A stretch of DNA of 64,000 bases, taken from contig NC_087472.1 of the NCBI RefSeq assembly GCF_036321535.1, positions 96,598,001-96,662,000 on the forward strand, given 5' to 3'. This DNA is from Camelus dromedarius (lineage: Eukaryota). The notes beneath the pieces are model-generated. The model saw only the letters and a list, made by a program, of their open reading frames with translations. It was not told the DNA's origin and did no database searches. Below, one piece after another: positions 29,201 through 40,141 of this stretch (the first letter of the stretch is position 1; each line of letters starts with the position of its first letter). The translations under genes were made by a program, and so were the position numbers.

Positions 29201-32200
29201 GATCAAAATTCTTCAGTTTTACAGAACCTGTTATTTACGTTACAGGAAATAGTTACGATTACTACAAGAGACGCCTAAACATCCCCACAGATGCCACCAG
29301 CAGGTAGAAAGTAATTATTCTTTTTAGAAAGGCGTCAGTATTCTACGTTTGCTTTTACTCCTGAAAATGACTACTACTGCCTTTAAGGAAAACAAATGTC
29401 AAAATACATTAACAGATTTATTTAATATACCAATAATGATAAAACTGTTACATAAAATACCAACACTCCTGGGAAAGAGCACTTTACTAGTTGAAAGATT
29501 TCTAATAACATGTAATTAACACCCCAATAAATGTCAAGATAAAATTATAGACTCTTTGCTAATCAAAGACAGCTGGCACATATAATATTTGCTCCTTATT
29601 AATTATATGTCAAATAGGCTGGTCAAAGAAATGGACCAAACATAATTAGATTTTAATCAAAGTGACATTTTGTTGTTGTTATGCTAGAACTGGGTTCACA
29701 GGAAGTCAACCTTTCTAACAAGAAAAACACGGCTAACAGAGGATCAAATGTCAACAATAAGGGAAGACACTATACCGCTAGAGAAAGCAATACTAAAAGA
29801 TTAAATAAACCATTGTCAGTTCCAATTCTCAAAGCAGCTACTCAGTAAGAATAGAATTAAGACTTGACTTTTTTTTTTTAAATGCCTTTGTTTATTTTAC
29901 TATCACCAAGGAGGATTTTTATTAGACATTATGGCTTCTTACCTTGTACAAATGCAAGGATCTGGTCATACTGTTCTTTAGCCTGGCTTTCTTTTACCAA
30001 ATCAATTTTATTTTGTAGAATCAAAATATGCTTCAGTTTCATGATTTCTATAGCAGCCAGGTGTTCAGAAGTCTGAGGTTGAGGACAAGACTCATTACCA
30101 GCTAGATGATGAAGAATAAAAAAGAAGCATGAGATAGCCAGAAGTATTTGCCAGGATAGGCAAATCCATAAGAGACAGACAAGAGATCAGTGGGTGCCAC
30201 AGGCTGAGGGGAAAGAGGATTAGAGTGACTGCCTAATAGGTTCAGGGTTTCCTTTTGAGGTGAAGAAAATGTTCTGGAACTAGATAGCGGTGATGCTTGC
30301 ACAACATTGTGAATGTACTCATTGCCACGAAATTGTACACTTTAAATGGTTAAGATGGTAAATTTTATGTTATGTGTATTTTACTACCAAATATATATAT
30401 ATATATATATCTCTACATGGCTGACATCTAATAAAGGAAACGCTTGAATGCCCTAGCCCTATTCAAGGCAGAAGTCCTGGATCATTGTCAAGCATCCATC
30501 TTTTGCCCCTGCCTCATCCCGCATTCATTTGCCTGCATTCACTGGAGCATCCCAATCATTTGGCTCCCATTCCTGGTCCTAACCAAGAAGCTTGGAATCA
30601 ACAAGTTTGGCATTTCAAGGTCTGTCCTCAGCTTTTGCTCAGATATAAGGTATGGCTGGCTCTATCCAGTCTTAGAGATGTTCTGGCCCAGTCAAGCTCC
30701 TGAGAGGCAGAGTAACTAAGAGGGGAAGACACTTAATACATAATACAGTCCATGAATTTCAACTACTAACAGAGGCTACTCCCTAACAAGAGGAGGGAAG
30801 AACACTAAAAATAACAGTTTACATTATAAAGAAATAGGCATGTTCTGTTGGGGACTCGAACAATCATCCTCCCTAAGGGTGATGTTTCAGGTGTCCTGTA
30901 CTATATCCTCTTGGCATACTTTAAAAAAATTACATAGCATAGCAACAAGATCTCTCAGCAGTTCACATAAGGGAAGTAACACAACCCTAGCCTTGAAAAT
31001 CCCAATTCAGGTCTAGACTTCAGCACTTATTAAGATTTGCATCTAAATAAAACCATCATACACCAATGTTGCAGTAGACAGCTCAAAGACACATAACACA
31101 AAAAACATACATGTACTTTTACATGTAAATATAAAACTAAAATGCACTGCCGACCTTTTCAGATATATACCACCATAAGAATTCTCACAGACATCAGGCC
31201 TAGGTCTATTTTGCTTAATATTTTGTGATAGCTGGTAGGCAAGGATGTCATCTTGGATGACACGTTAGTTACCATTCGTCACATTTAGGTACTAGATATG
31301 GCCCTTAAAGGCCTTAGTTCCCCTTTAAATATTCCATCTTGGACTTGACACAGAATGATTTGCCCAAACTAATTCTGACATATTTACCTATTAGCAGAAG
31401 AGCTGCATCCATCACTGCAGCACCGTTCAGCATAGTAGCCATCAAAATATCGTGGCCCGGACAGTCAACAAAGGAAACATGTCTAATAATTGAGAAATAA
31501 CAATCAGTCCTAAGGTCAATCAATACTTCAATATGCAAGTTACAGATTTCATAAAATTAAATCTCTTTAAACACAGAATATGAATATTACATAAGAGTAT
31601 GGAAATAATTCTTATTGCTATAAAGTCAAGTAGTTACAGGACTTGGTGCTTCTAGATCTCAGAAATAAGATTACCTATTAGCTCAATTCAAAACTAAATG
31701 AACAAACTCATAGAAAGAGACCAAATTTGTCATTACCAAATCTGTGGTCACCTGAGGTGGGGAGAGGGGGAACTGGATGAAAGCAGTCAAAAGGTACAAT
31801 CATTCAGTTATAAGGTAAATAAATACTAGGGGTATAATGTACAATATGATAAATATAATTAACACTGTTGTATGTTATACAGGAAAATTGTTGACAGTAA
31901 ATTCTAAGAGTTCTCATGATGAGGAAAAAAATTTTTTTCTATTTTTTTAAGTTTGTATCTATAGGAGATGATGTTCACGAAACTTATTTCAATAATCATT
32001 TCATGATGTATGTAAGTCAAATCATTATGTTGTATACCTTAAACTTATACAGTGCTATATGTCAACTATCTCTCAATAAAACTGGAAGAAAAAATGAAAT
32101 ATGAAAAGAACAGCAGCAAAAAAGATTACCTACTGGCCGAGTAAAATCACTGCAGATCATTACAAAGCAAATGAAATCTATGTGTAGAAAGAGACAGAAA

Positions 32201-35200
32201 TCCCCAAATCTAATCAAAATAAATACAGTAAAAAGTGTATATTGGGAATGTTACTGATTTGAAAGCTAAAACAGTGTTAATAGAATGGGCACTGCCACGT
32301 GAAAAAATAAATTGCCAAAAATTTCTCTAGCATCTTGAAAAGTTGGAATTGCCAATCTGAAGTGGAAATAGCAGCAGTTTTAACAAAACTATGTATGCTA
32401 CTCATTCAGAATCATTATGTTTAATAACTGAATGCTCACACTGTCATATTCTAAAATAGGGGTCAGCAAACTGGCCCACTGCCACACCCACTCGTGCACA
32501 TCACTTCTGCTTTCATAAGGCAAGAGCAGAAATGAGCAGTTGCAAAAGAGAACTTACGGCCTGCAAAGCTGAAAATATTTACTATCAGGCCCTTCACAGA
32601 AAAAATTTGCTGAATCCTGATAAGGGCCACAACAAGGGTGAGGCAAATGAGGCACTCACCCCAGGTGCAAAATTTAAGGGGGTGCCAAAAAACCTAATCA
32701 ACAAGACAAATAATATTTCAATATTTTTAAAAATCAAAATTCATGCCAAAAATTCCACAATGAACAAAATATCAAAAATTTAAATGAAAACAAGATCAGC
32801 AATGATGCCATGCAAAAACAAAACTAGAAAACCAGTGATAAAGAGAAAAAAAACAGTAATTTGAGCCTGTCTTTATTTTTAAAAATGATATTCTGGTATG
32901 ATTTCTTTGCATTAATTTCAAAAAACACTGCATTGAAATACTATTTATCTTGATTACTGAAGGCCTTTTTTTTTTTTTTTTTTTTAAGCTTTCTCTTTCC
33001 TCTTAAATTCTGGGCCTCATTCATCTCTCCCTAGTCTCAGCTCTGCCCTTGATCTAGAATTTTCTTGTGGAACATCCCCAACCCCCATAAACATCACTAG
33101 GTGAACGTCAGTATCCTCTGATAAAAAATAAAGATACGCAATCATATTCAGAAAACAGATGGGTAACAAGCCCCATGTATTTAAGAGAGGTGATTAAGAA
33201 TAGCTTTGTTTCTCTATCTAAGAAGTAGAAACAACACTGTTTAAAAGAAATTTAGGAAGCCTGGCAAAAAGAATCCCTTAAGTCCAATGATCTGTTTCCT
33301 TCCATTTCATTCTGCATATGTGATACCTTTCCTTTGGAGAACTTTTCATGTAAGTATCTTAACATAGGTTTAAAAACTTCATTATGGACAATGAAGACAA
33401 AATAATGAAAAAATAAAGCCATTCAACAATTAGGTTCATTGTTTATTATCTCAATTAAATATTTCAAAAAGCACAAATCACAAGACAACAAAATGTGAAG
33501 TGCAGTGTTTTTAGCATGAAAGAAGTCACCTGACTAATTTGAAGTTCCCTTTGGTTCCTGGAATGTCTGTAGGAAATTCATCAGGTGTACTACTTCCACA
33601 GGATCTGTAACATTCTGGCCGAGGACAACTTGGGTCATCAAGTTTATAAATCTAAAAGTTTCAATGAAAAAAAGATATGGATTTGTTATCTGCACATTCA
33701 ACAACTAAAGTTAATTTCTAATTTCACTGTACACAGCTCACCTTAGCATTAGCATAGCCAAGTTTGATTGTAATATTTCTTTCTAGTTCATTTTTGAACC
33801 TGACAGTGTGAACTCCAGAAATAGCTTTAACAACCGTAGATTTCCCATGAGCTACGTGACCAATTGTACCTATAGACAAAGTACAAAAAATTAATTCACG
33901 TGCATTCAGTTACACCACATATTTTTTCATTTTCAGAGTAGAAAACCCAAAGTCACAACTCATTGTAAACATCAACGTAAAACCAACGATGACTTCAATT
34001 TTTCCTCCTACACATCCTTTCTACAAAAGATTTATTTTGATAGAGGACTGAAAAGGACTTTCCATGGAGCTGACAACCTTGTTTAAAAACTATACTCAGC
34101 ATAATACAAGCTATCCATCTTATGTTTTTAATCACAGAAAAGAGAGCCTTCACATAAAACAAACACGTGATAAAAAGTACTTGAAATCTTGTTATCAGGA
34201 AACTTTCCAGCATTTCCAGAGTGAAGTAAATAGGTATAAGCAGCCCTGACACAACAAAAAGGAATCCATGAAAACAAGAGAACAACCCAGGTTTAATTAC
34301 AGTAATGCTGTCAAGGGTAGCATGTATCTTATAACTTTTTAACAGCCTCATGGTAAAGCCTTACTTTTAACTAGGTTTTACTGTGTTGTTTGTACAGACT
34401 CAAATACCCCAAATTTAAATTCAGTCAACATAACTTCTCCTCTAAAGTTCTAGGTACCAATTAAAAAAAAAAACCTCTACTTAATAATAGCTTATATATC
34501 AAACAAAACTTTCACACAAACTCTGCCCTTGCAATAATCCTGTGTGGCAAGTACAGTCGCACTTCCCCCATCTTTATTTTTTTAAGTTATTTTATTTTAT
34601 TGTTTATGGGGGAGGTAATTAGGTTTTTAAAAAATTTATTTATTTTTGATGGAGGTACTGGTTATTGAACCCAGGACCTTATACATAATAGGAACACACT
34701 CTACCACTGAGCTATACCCCACCCCATCTTCAAACTGCTACATGAGTACATATCATTTTATGTTATTGAACTTTTCAGATGTCTGTATCTTTTCTTTTCA
34801 TCTGGTCTGTAAACTAGGCAATGTAACGTGCAACATGGGTTCCCCAAATATCTAGCAGGTATTTTGTTCACAAGAGCTTAATATCTATTTCTTGAATATC
34901 TGCATCCTCATATGATTAAGGTAATCACACAAAGGTTAAAATTACTTGCTGGAGAGCAATCAAGTCAAGGTCTCTTAAGTTATTCTTATCTTACCTATGT
35001 TAATTGTGGCTTGTCTGCTGATAACTTCATGCGAAAGTGGCGTCAACTTGGTAACATCCTGCAATCAAATATTTTATTTTTATTTTGTTTTATACTTAAA
35101 ATTTTTGAAATATGTTTTATGTTAGTCCCAGGTGTACCGCAAAGTGATTCAGTTATTATATACATACATTCTTTTACAGACTCTATTTTATTATAAATCA

Positions 35201-35772
35201 CTGTACATAAGACGAATCACAACTGTGACTACATTTACTCTCTTCTACTTCTAAAGCGCTTTTCCTGTACAAGCAATCTTGGACTCTGATGACTGGGAAG
35301 CTCTAAAAGTCCTTCATCGTTACACAAGACTACACCTCCACTCACTATGGGAGACACGGAGGCTGGAGGTCCCCCAGTCTTGAGAGCATTAGCACTGAGG
35401 AGAGTGTAGACATTCACTTCCCAGACCTTGAAAAGTGAAAAACCTTTATGACATTTAACACTGTGACATTCTGGCCGAATCATTCAGGAAGCTCGAGGTC
35501 CCACGATTTCACATCCCCACACCCAGCTCGCAGACTGGCAGAGGCGCGTGGGGCGGCGCGAGCGCAGTTTAGGGCGCCCGGCTTCAGGGCTCCCTACCCC
35601 ATGCTCCCGACAGCCCGGCATCGCCTCATCTCAAAGCCTCCATGGAGACCCGGCAATCCTCACTCCTGAACTCACTCAGCATCCTCCCAGAACGATGCCT
35701 TACCAAAGTGGCGAGATCTTGCCGAGAAAGGTGCGGCTGCCCTAAAGTCACACCAGCCTCACCCCCCGCCAT
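23173..35772 (-). CDS. EIF2S3: Eukaryotic translation initiation factor 2 subunit gamma, complete spliced CDS span (12 exons, 472 aa)
   Basis: Exon lengths 69+64+128+122+95+159+135+95+145+170+173+64 = 1419 nt, all introns GT-AG, frame open throughout. Translates [23 protein letters not shown]...[13 protein letters not shown] with GTPase motifs [16 protein letters not shown] and SAQL. Adjacent to KLHL15 as on the eutherian X. Confidence 0.98.
23860..24590 (+). mobile_element. Old L1 (L1MC/L1ME-like) 3' region in EIF2S3 intron 11
   Basis: GGCCTGAATCTAA...AAACCCAAACTGAGG...TAAATGCAATGCATGATCCTAG...TAAGTCTGAAATTATTTCCAAATAA motifs. Confidence 0.7.
24855..25027 (-). CDS. EIF2S3: EIF2S3 exon 11 ([16 protein letters not shown]...RVEKHW)
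   Basis: TAG acceptor, GTAAGT donor, 173 nt. Confidence 0.97.
25401..25570 (-). CDS. EIF2S3: EIF2S3 exon 10 ([15 protein letters not shown]...DKKAAK)
   Basis: Within ORF 25371..25682; AG/GT boundaries, 170 nt. Confidence 0.97.
26181..26282 (+). mobile_element. Degenerate tRNA-derived SINE in EIF2S3 intron 9
   Basis: GGGCATAGCTCAGT...GGGTTCAATCCCTAGTACCTC with an internal deletion. Confidence 0.75.
27027..27171 (-). CDS. EIF2S3: EIF2S3 exon 9 ([10 protein letters not shown]...AAPGGLI)
   Basis: Within ORF 26935..27171; AG/GT boundaries, 145 nt. Confidence 0.97.
27592..27686 (-). CDS. EIF2S3: EIF2S3 exon 8 ([32 protein letters not shown])
   Basis: Within ORF 27502..27726; AG/GT boundaries, 95 nt. 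Confidence 0.97.
28596..28790 (-). mobile_element. L1 3' tip with poly(A)
   Basis: Poly-T then AATTGGAGTATAGTCAGTTTACA...CCCTGTGCTATGCAG. Confidence 0.75.
29045..29179 (-). CDS. EIF2S3: EIF2S3 exon 7 ([18 protein letters not shown]...EPRLI)
   Basis: AG/GT boundaries, 135 nt. Confidence 0.97.
29943..30101 (-). CDS. EIF2S3: EIF2S3 exon 6 ([14 protein letters not shown]...QNKIDL...LAFVQ)
   Basis: AG/GT boundaries, 159 nt, NKID motif. Confidence 0.97.
30140..30390 (+). mobile_element. Old L1 (L1MB-like) 3' UTR
   Basis: GGCAAATCCATA...CCTTTTGAGGTGAAGAAAATGTTCTGGAACTAGATAG...CACTTTAAATGG. Confidence 0.75.
31388..31482 (-). CDS. EIF2S3: EIF2S3 exon 5 ([31 protein letters not shown])
   Basis: Within ORF 31314..31538; AG/GT boundaries, 95 nt. 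Confidence 0.97.
31690..32100 (+). mobile_element. L1 (L1MA-like) 3' UTR
   Basis: Close match to the L1 3' end at ~14770-15330 of this window. Confidence 0.75.
32458..32619. mobile_element. MER58-like hAT-Charlie element
   Basis: Termini AGGGGTCAGCAAACT ... AATTTGCTGAATCCTG; internal GAAAATATTTACTATCAGGCCCTTCACAGAAAAA. Confidence 0.7.
32623..33045. mobile_element. hAT-Tip100-type DNA transposon relic
   Basis: AGGGTGAGGCAAATGAGGCACTCACCCCAGGTGCAAAATTTAAGGGGGTGCC start, with a degenerate inverted counterpart near 33000-33045. Confidence 0.55.
33530..33651 (-). CDS. EIF2S3: EIF2S3 exon 4 ([20 protein letters not shown]...KLV)
   Basis: TAG acceptor after a 90-nt intron, GTGAC donor, 122 nt. 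Confidence 0.96.
33742..33869 (-). CDS. EIF2S3: EIF2S3 exon 3 (P-loop GHVAHGKS ... LGYANAK)
   Basis: TAG acceptor, GTGAG donor, 128 nt. Confidence 0.97.
34575..34721 (-). mobile_element. tRNA-derived SINE in EIF2S3 intron 2
   Basis: Same head and tail as the other copies; TSD CCCCATCTT (34566-34574 / 34722-34730). Confidence 0.85.
34995..35058 (-). CDS. EIF2S3: EIF2S3 exon 2 ([21 protein letters not shown])
   Basis: CAG acceptor, GTAAGA donor, 64 nt. Confidence 0.96.
35071..35230 (-). mobile_element. Degenerate L1 3' tip in EIF2S3 intron 1, sense to the gene
   Basis: CAGGTGTACCGCAAAGTGATTCAGTTATTATATACATACATTC resembles the L1 3' end at 3020-3070; T-rich tail at 35072-35091. Confidence 0.7.
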
Positions 35773-36460
35773 CTTGCCCGGAGAGGAAGGAAGTCGCCCC
35801 GGCAGCTGCCTGACCGTACGCAGGCCCCCTTGTGCCAGGGGGGGCAGCGGAGGCGGGAGGGCCGGCTAGGGCCCAGCCCTGGGAAAGGAGGATGCCCGGT
35901 GCAGCAGAGGCTTCACTGCTTGGACTTTTCTTCCCATGGATTTGTATAGTACCTGCTGGCAGGCTGACTAGAAAATACAAGGCCAAGTTTCAGGATCTAT
36001 TCGTGGCAGACGTGTTGGATATTTGTACAGGCAACGCTGAAGGCAGCCCCAAAAAAGGCCCCTTCCTAGGCGGGTGATGCAACCGATGCGCGCGCTGGCG
36101 GGGGTGTAGCTATTTCCGTTTCCCGAGGGGATGGCCGAGTTTCCACGGGCCTGGGAATCTCATCTGGGGTGTGAGGCTAGACGTTGGGAATATCCTTCTT
36201 TACCGATTTCCATAATTTAGTAAGGCGAGATCGGCTCCGGATCTGGCCAGCCTGTGACGGTGCTCTTGGCCGGGAGGTGGTCTCGCACTGAGCTGGCGGG
36301 CGGCGGGGAGGGCGCCCTCGCGCGGAGGTTCAGTGGTCCAGGGATGGCACAAGCAAAGTCTCTAACTTACTCTCGGAGAGAGGTTTCTAGAGCTAGGGAG
36401 GTGGTCCGTAGTATCGCTAATGGAGTTAGCATAGGATAGAAGCTAGGTGTCGTGGGAGCG
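35480..36460. promoter_or_regulatory. CpG-island promoter of EIF2S3
   Basis: GC/CpG-rich stretch around exon 1; pyrimidine tract CTTCCTTCCTCTCC (35793-35780, - strand) just before the ATG; YY1-type AAGATGGCGG overlapping the start codon. Confidence 0.9.
35704..35772 (-). CDS. EIF2S3: EIF2S3 coding exon 1 ([23 protein letters not shown])
   Basis: ATG at 35772 in GCAAGATGG context; donor TTG|GTAAGG at 35703; lies in a CpG island. Confidence 0.97.
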
Positions 36461-36996
36461 CCCAAAGGGGTTTTTTTAAAAAGCTGATCCGAGAAAATCC
36501 ACTCCTTCAGTGGAAAGATTACCAATAAATCAGTATTTTAAAACGTAAAGATTTTTGAGACTTTCTTAACCCCTTTTTCATCGTGTTAAAAAGAATTCCA
36601 GGAAGTTTCATTTTCCTCCAGGCATATCTACACTTTACACGTTTTTTATCATGAACATGTATTCATTTCTAGCCAGAAAGAAAAATTAGAGATGAATAAG
36701 AATTTAGGTTACCTGTGGTAATTGAATACTTAAGCAAGGTCAAAATTAATATATGTTTTCTATCACATACGTTTTAGGTGCAACAGTTTACCTAAACAGG
36801 AAGTTACGGTTCAATAAATGCATTCACTGCTTAAGTGATGGTAGAAACTGTACAATATATTGTTTTTGGCATTATACCACCACCCAAATATAACTTATAA
36901 ATGTATAAGTTCCTAAATTTAGAATTTATCTTACATTCTAAATAGGTATACCAGCCAATTCAGAAAACTCATTGCGGTAATAAAAATGTGTAATTA

Positions 36997-37108
36997 GGGG
37001 GGAGGGTATAGCTCAGTGGTAGAGTGCCTACTCAGCATGCCCAAAGTCCTGACTTGAATCCCCAGTACCTCCATCCCCCAACACACACAAAAAAATAAAG
37101 AAAAAAAT
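36997..37108 (+). mobile_element. tRNA-derived SINE
   Basis: GGGAGGGTATAGCTCAGTGGTAGAG head, degenerate B box, A-rich tail. Confidence 0.8.
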
Positions 37109-37509
37109 TTTAATGGGGAATTAGTGGTGATGGTTACAGAACTGCAAATATATTTTAAAAAGTGAATTGTACTGCTTAAAAGGGTGAATCTTATGGTATG
37201 TGAATTACATCTCAATAAAAAATACAAAATTTGTTGACAATAACATATATAATATGCTTCACTGTCAGAAACTTTTATTGGAAGTAGGAATGTCACTAAA
37301 AATGATGCTATTAATAAGAACAGTAGTGTTAACATTGGCACTAGCTAAACGAGTATTAATTTTATTCAATCCTCACAACAATCTGATGAGGTATATACAG
37401 TTATTCCCATTTTACAGGTGAGGAAACCGAGTCCTAAAAAGATAACATGCTCACAATTTCACAGTTAATAAATAGCAAAGCTGGAATTCATAGACGATTA
37501 CAAGTGTTC

Positions 37510-39617
37510 TTTTTTTAAAAAATCGGCTTTATTAAGATAAATTTGCATATCATAAAATTCACCTTTTACATATACAATTAAATGATTTTTAGTAAATTTA
37601 CACAGTTATGCAACCATCGCCACAATCCAGATTTTGAACATTTCCATCACCCTCAGAGATCCCTCTTGTCATTTCCAGTTGCAGTCAACCCTGGTATCCA
37701 TTTCTTGCCCTAGGCAACCACTAACGGTCTCTCTGTCTTTATAGATTTGCCTTTTATGTACATTTTATATAAATGGAATCATACAACATGCAGTCTTTTG
37801 CTTCTGGCTTCTCTCACTTAGTATAATGGTTCATCCATGTATATTTGAAGTTCATCCATGTTGTAGCGTCTACTAACAGTAGTTCATGCCTTTCTATTGC
37901 TGAATATAATTCCATTTTGTGAACAAACCACTTTTGTTGATCCATTCACCAGTTGATGGATATTGGGATTGTTTCCACTTTATGGCAGTTGTGAATAATA
38001 CTGTATGAACATTTGTGTACAAGTTTTTATGAGAACATGTTTTCATTTATCTTGGTAAATATCTAGTTGTACAGTTGCTGAAATATACAACTGTATGGTA
38101 AATCTAAGTTTACATTTTGAGGAACAGCCACATTTTTCCCAAGTGGCTTCACCACCTTACATTCCCACCAGCAACCTATGAGGGCTCCAGTTTCTCCACA
38201 CATTCACTCACAATTGATACTGTCTCTTCTTTTTATTATAGACATTCTAGTATCTGTGGTTTTAATTTGCATTTCTCTAATGACTAATGATGTTGAGCAC
38301 CTTTTCGTGCACTTATTAGCCATTAATATCTCTTCTTTGGTAAAATATCTATTCAAACCCATTTTTTAAGTTTGAAAAGGGAGAAGTAAATCATTTTTAT
38401 TCATAGGTGATACATTTGTATATGTGGAAAGTGCAAAGGAATCTGTAAACAAAGTAGAAGAACTAGAACTAAAAGGTGAATTAACAAAATCACTAAACAC
38501 AAAAATCCATTTTATTTCTATATTCTAGCCAAAGCGTTAGAAAATGAAATTAAAATGTCATTTATCAAATACTTGGGAACTAATTTAATACAAAGTATGC
38601 AAGTCCTCTAAAATAAAAAATTATAACATTAATAAAAGAAATTAGAGAGGACCCACATAAATGAAGGACATCTTGTGAATCTGAAGACTCCATGTGTTAA
38701 GAAGTCAGTTGTCCCAAATGGATCCATAAATTCAACACAATCCCAATCAAATTGTTACTGATCAGGGTTCTTGGACTCCTTATTCAATGGAAATTGATTA
38801 AAGGCCAGAAGAGAAATTTAGGCAAAGCTTTACTGGGACTTGTGCTGCAGCAGGAGGGCAAACCCATTTTTAATTTGGGTTGTTTATCTTATTGAGTTGC
38901 AAGAATTCTTTATATATTCTGGATATAAGTCTTCATCAGATACATGATTTGCAAAAGTCTTCTCCCAGTCTGTAGCTTGTCTTTTCATTTTCTTAATGAT
39001 GTCTTTGAAGAACAAAAGTTTCTAAGTTGATGAAGTCCAATTTATTTCTTCTTTTATGGTAAGAACACTTTGCCTAACCCAAGGCCATGAAGGTTTACTC
39101 CTATGTTTTCTTCTTAAAGGTTTATAGCTTCAGCTCTTACATCTCGGATCTGTGATTCATTTTGAGTTAATTTTTGTGTATAGCATGAGGTAAGGGTTTA
39201 ACTCCGTATTTTTGCATGTGGATATCCAATTGTCCCAGCATTGTTTATTGAAAAATACTTTCCCTATTGAATTGCCTTGACAGCTTTGTCAAAAATAAAA
39301 TTACTATAAAGTGACTATAAAAATGTCTATTTCTGGACTCTCAATTCTGCTCCATTAATCTCTACGTCTAGCCGTAGGCCAGTACCGCATTGTCTTGATT
39401 TCTGTAGTTTTCTAGTACATTTTGAAATTGGAATGTGTAAGCCCTTTAACTATGTTCTTTTTCAAAACTGGTTTGGCTCTTCTAGAGCCTTTGCATTTCC
39501 ACAGAAATTGCCGCATTGGCTTCTCAATCTGTACAAAACTACCCTGCTGGGTTTTTGATAGGGATTGTTTCAAATCCGGAGATAAATGTGAGGAGAATCA
39601 CCACCTTAACAATATGG
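37510..39617 (-). mobile_element. Old 5'-truncated L1 (L1MB-like), interrupted at 38367-38858
   Basis: Antisense ORF2/3' UTR motifs (TTGCATTTCTCTAATGACTAATGATGTTGAGC; TTTTGCATGTGGATATCCAATTGTCCCAGCA). Confidence 0.85.
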
Positions 39618-40141
39618 AGACTTTCGTTCCCGGGGTGGGTGGGGCCAGCCTGCCCCGCCTCGGCTTATCATTCCCACGCCCCTCCCAGTCGCGCTCCCTG
39701 GACAGCATCAGGCCACCAGCCGCCCTTTCCGCCAGGCCTGGGCCCCAGTCGTTCACGTGTACTCCCCCTGCCTCCACTTCAGCTCCTCCCGCCCCAAGCT
39801 GAGGCGCCCAGAACCGACTTACAAGTCCCCCTCTGCCCTGTATCGACAAAGACATTCTGTCCCGAGAGAGCTATGCCATCACTATTTTTTTTAAGAACTT
39901 AGTTTTAGGACCAATAAATAACCTCAGAGCCTTGATTCAATCACGTCTCTATCCTGAACCACAGTCCCCAAACCCTAAAGCTGTGCTGCTGGCAACAGTC
40001 ATTACTGGAGGCTTTTCTTCACTTCTTTCATCACCCAAACACCATATAGCAGTTCTTCATTGCTCCCACTCACCTCAACTCTGGCGCTCACACTTAGAAT
40101 GTGTGTGTGTTTGCAGGCACATCTACTGAAATGCAGTACTG

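Noticed and set aside
31249..31265. TGTCATC-TTG-GATGACA hairpin in EIF2S3 intron 5 as an ncRNA
   Set aside because: A 7-bp stem is expected by chance in 64 kb; no supporting motifs
23173..35772. EIF2S3Y or a processed EIF2S3 retrocopy
   Set aside because: Eleven introns exclude a retrocopy; linkage to KLHL15 indicates the X-linked gene
35448..36439. Short ORFs across the EIF2S3 CpG island
   Set aside because: GC-rich artefacts; only 35772-35704 matches eIF2-gamma
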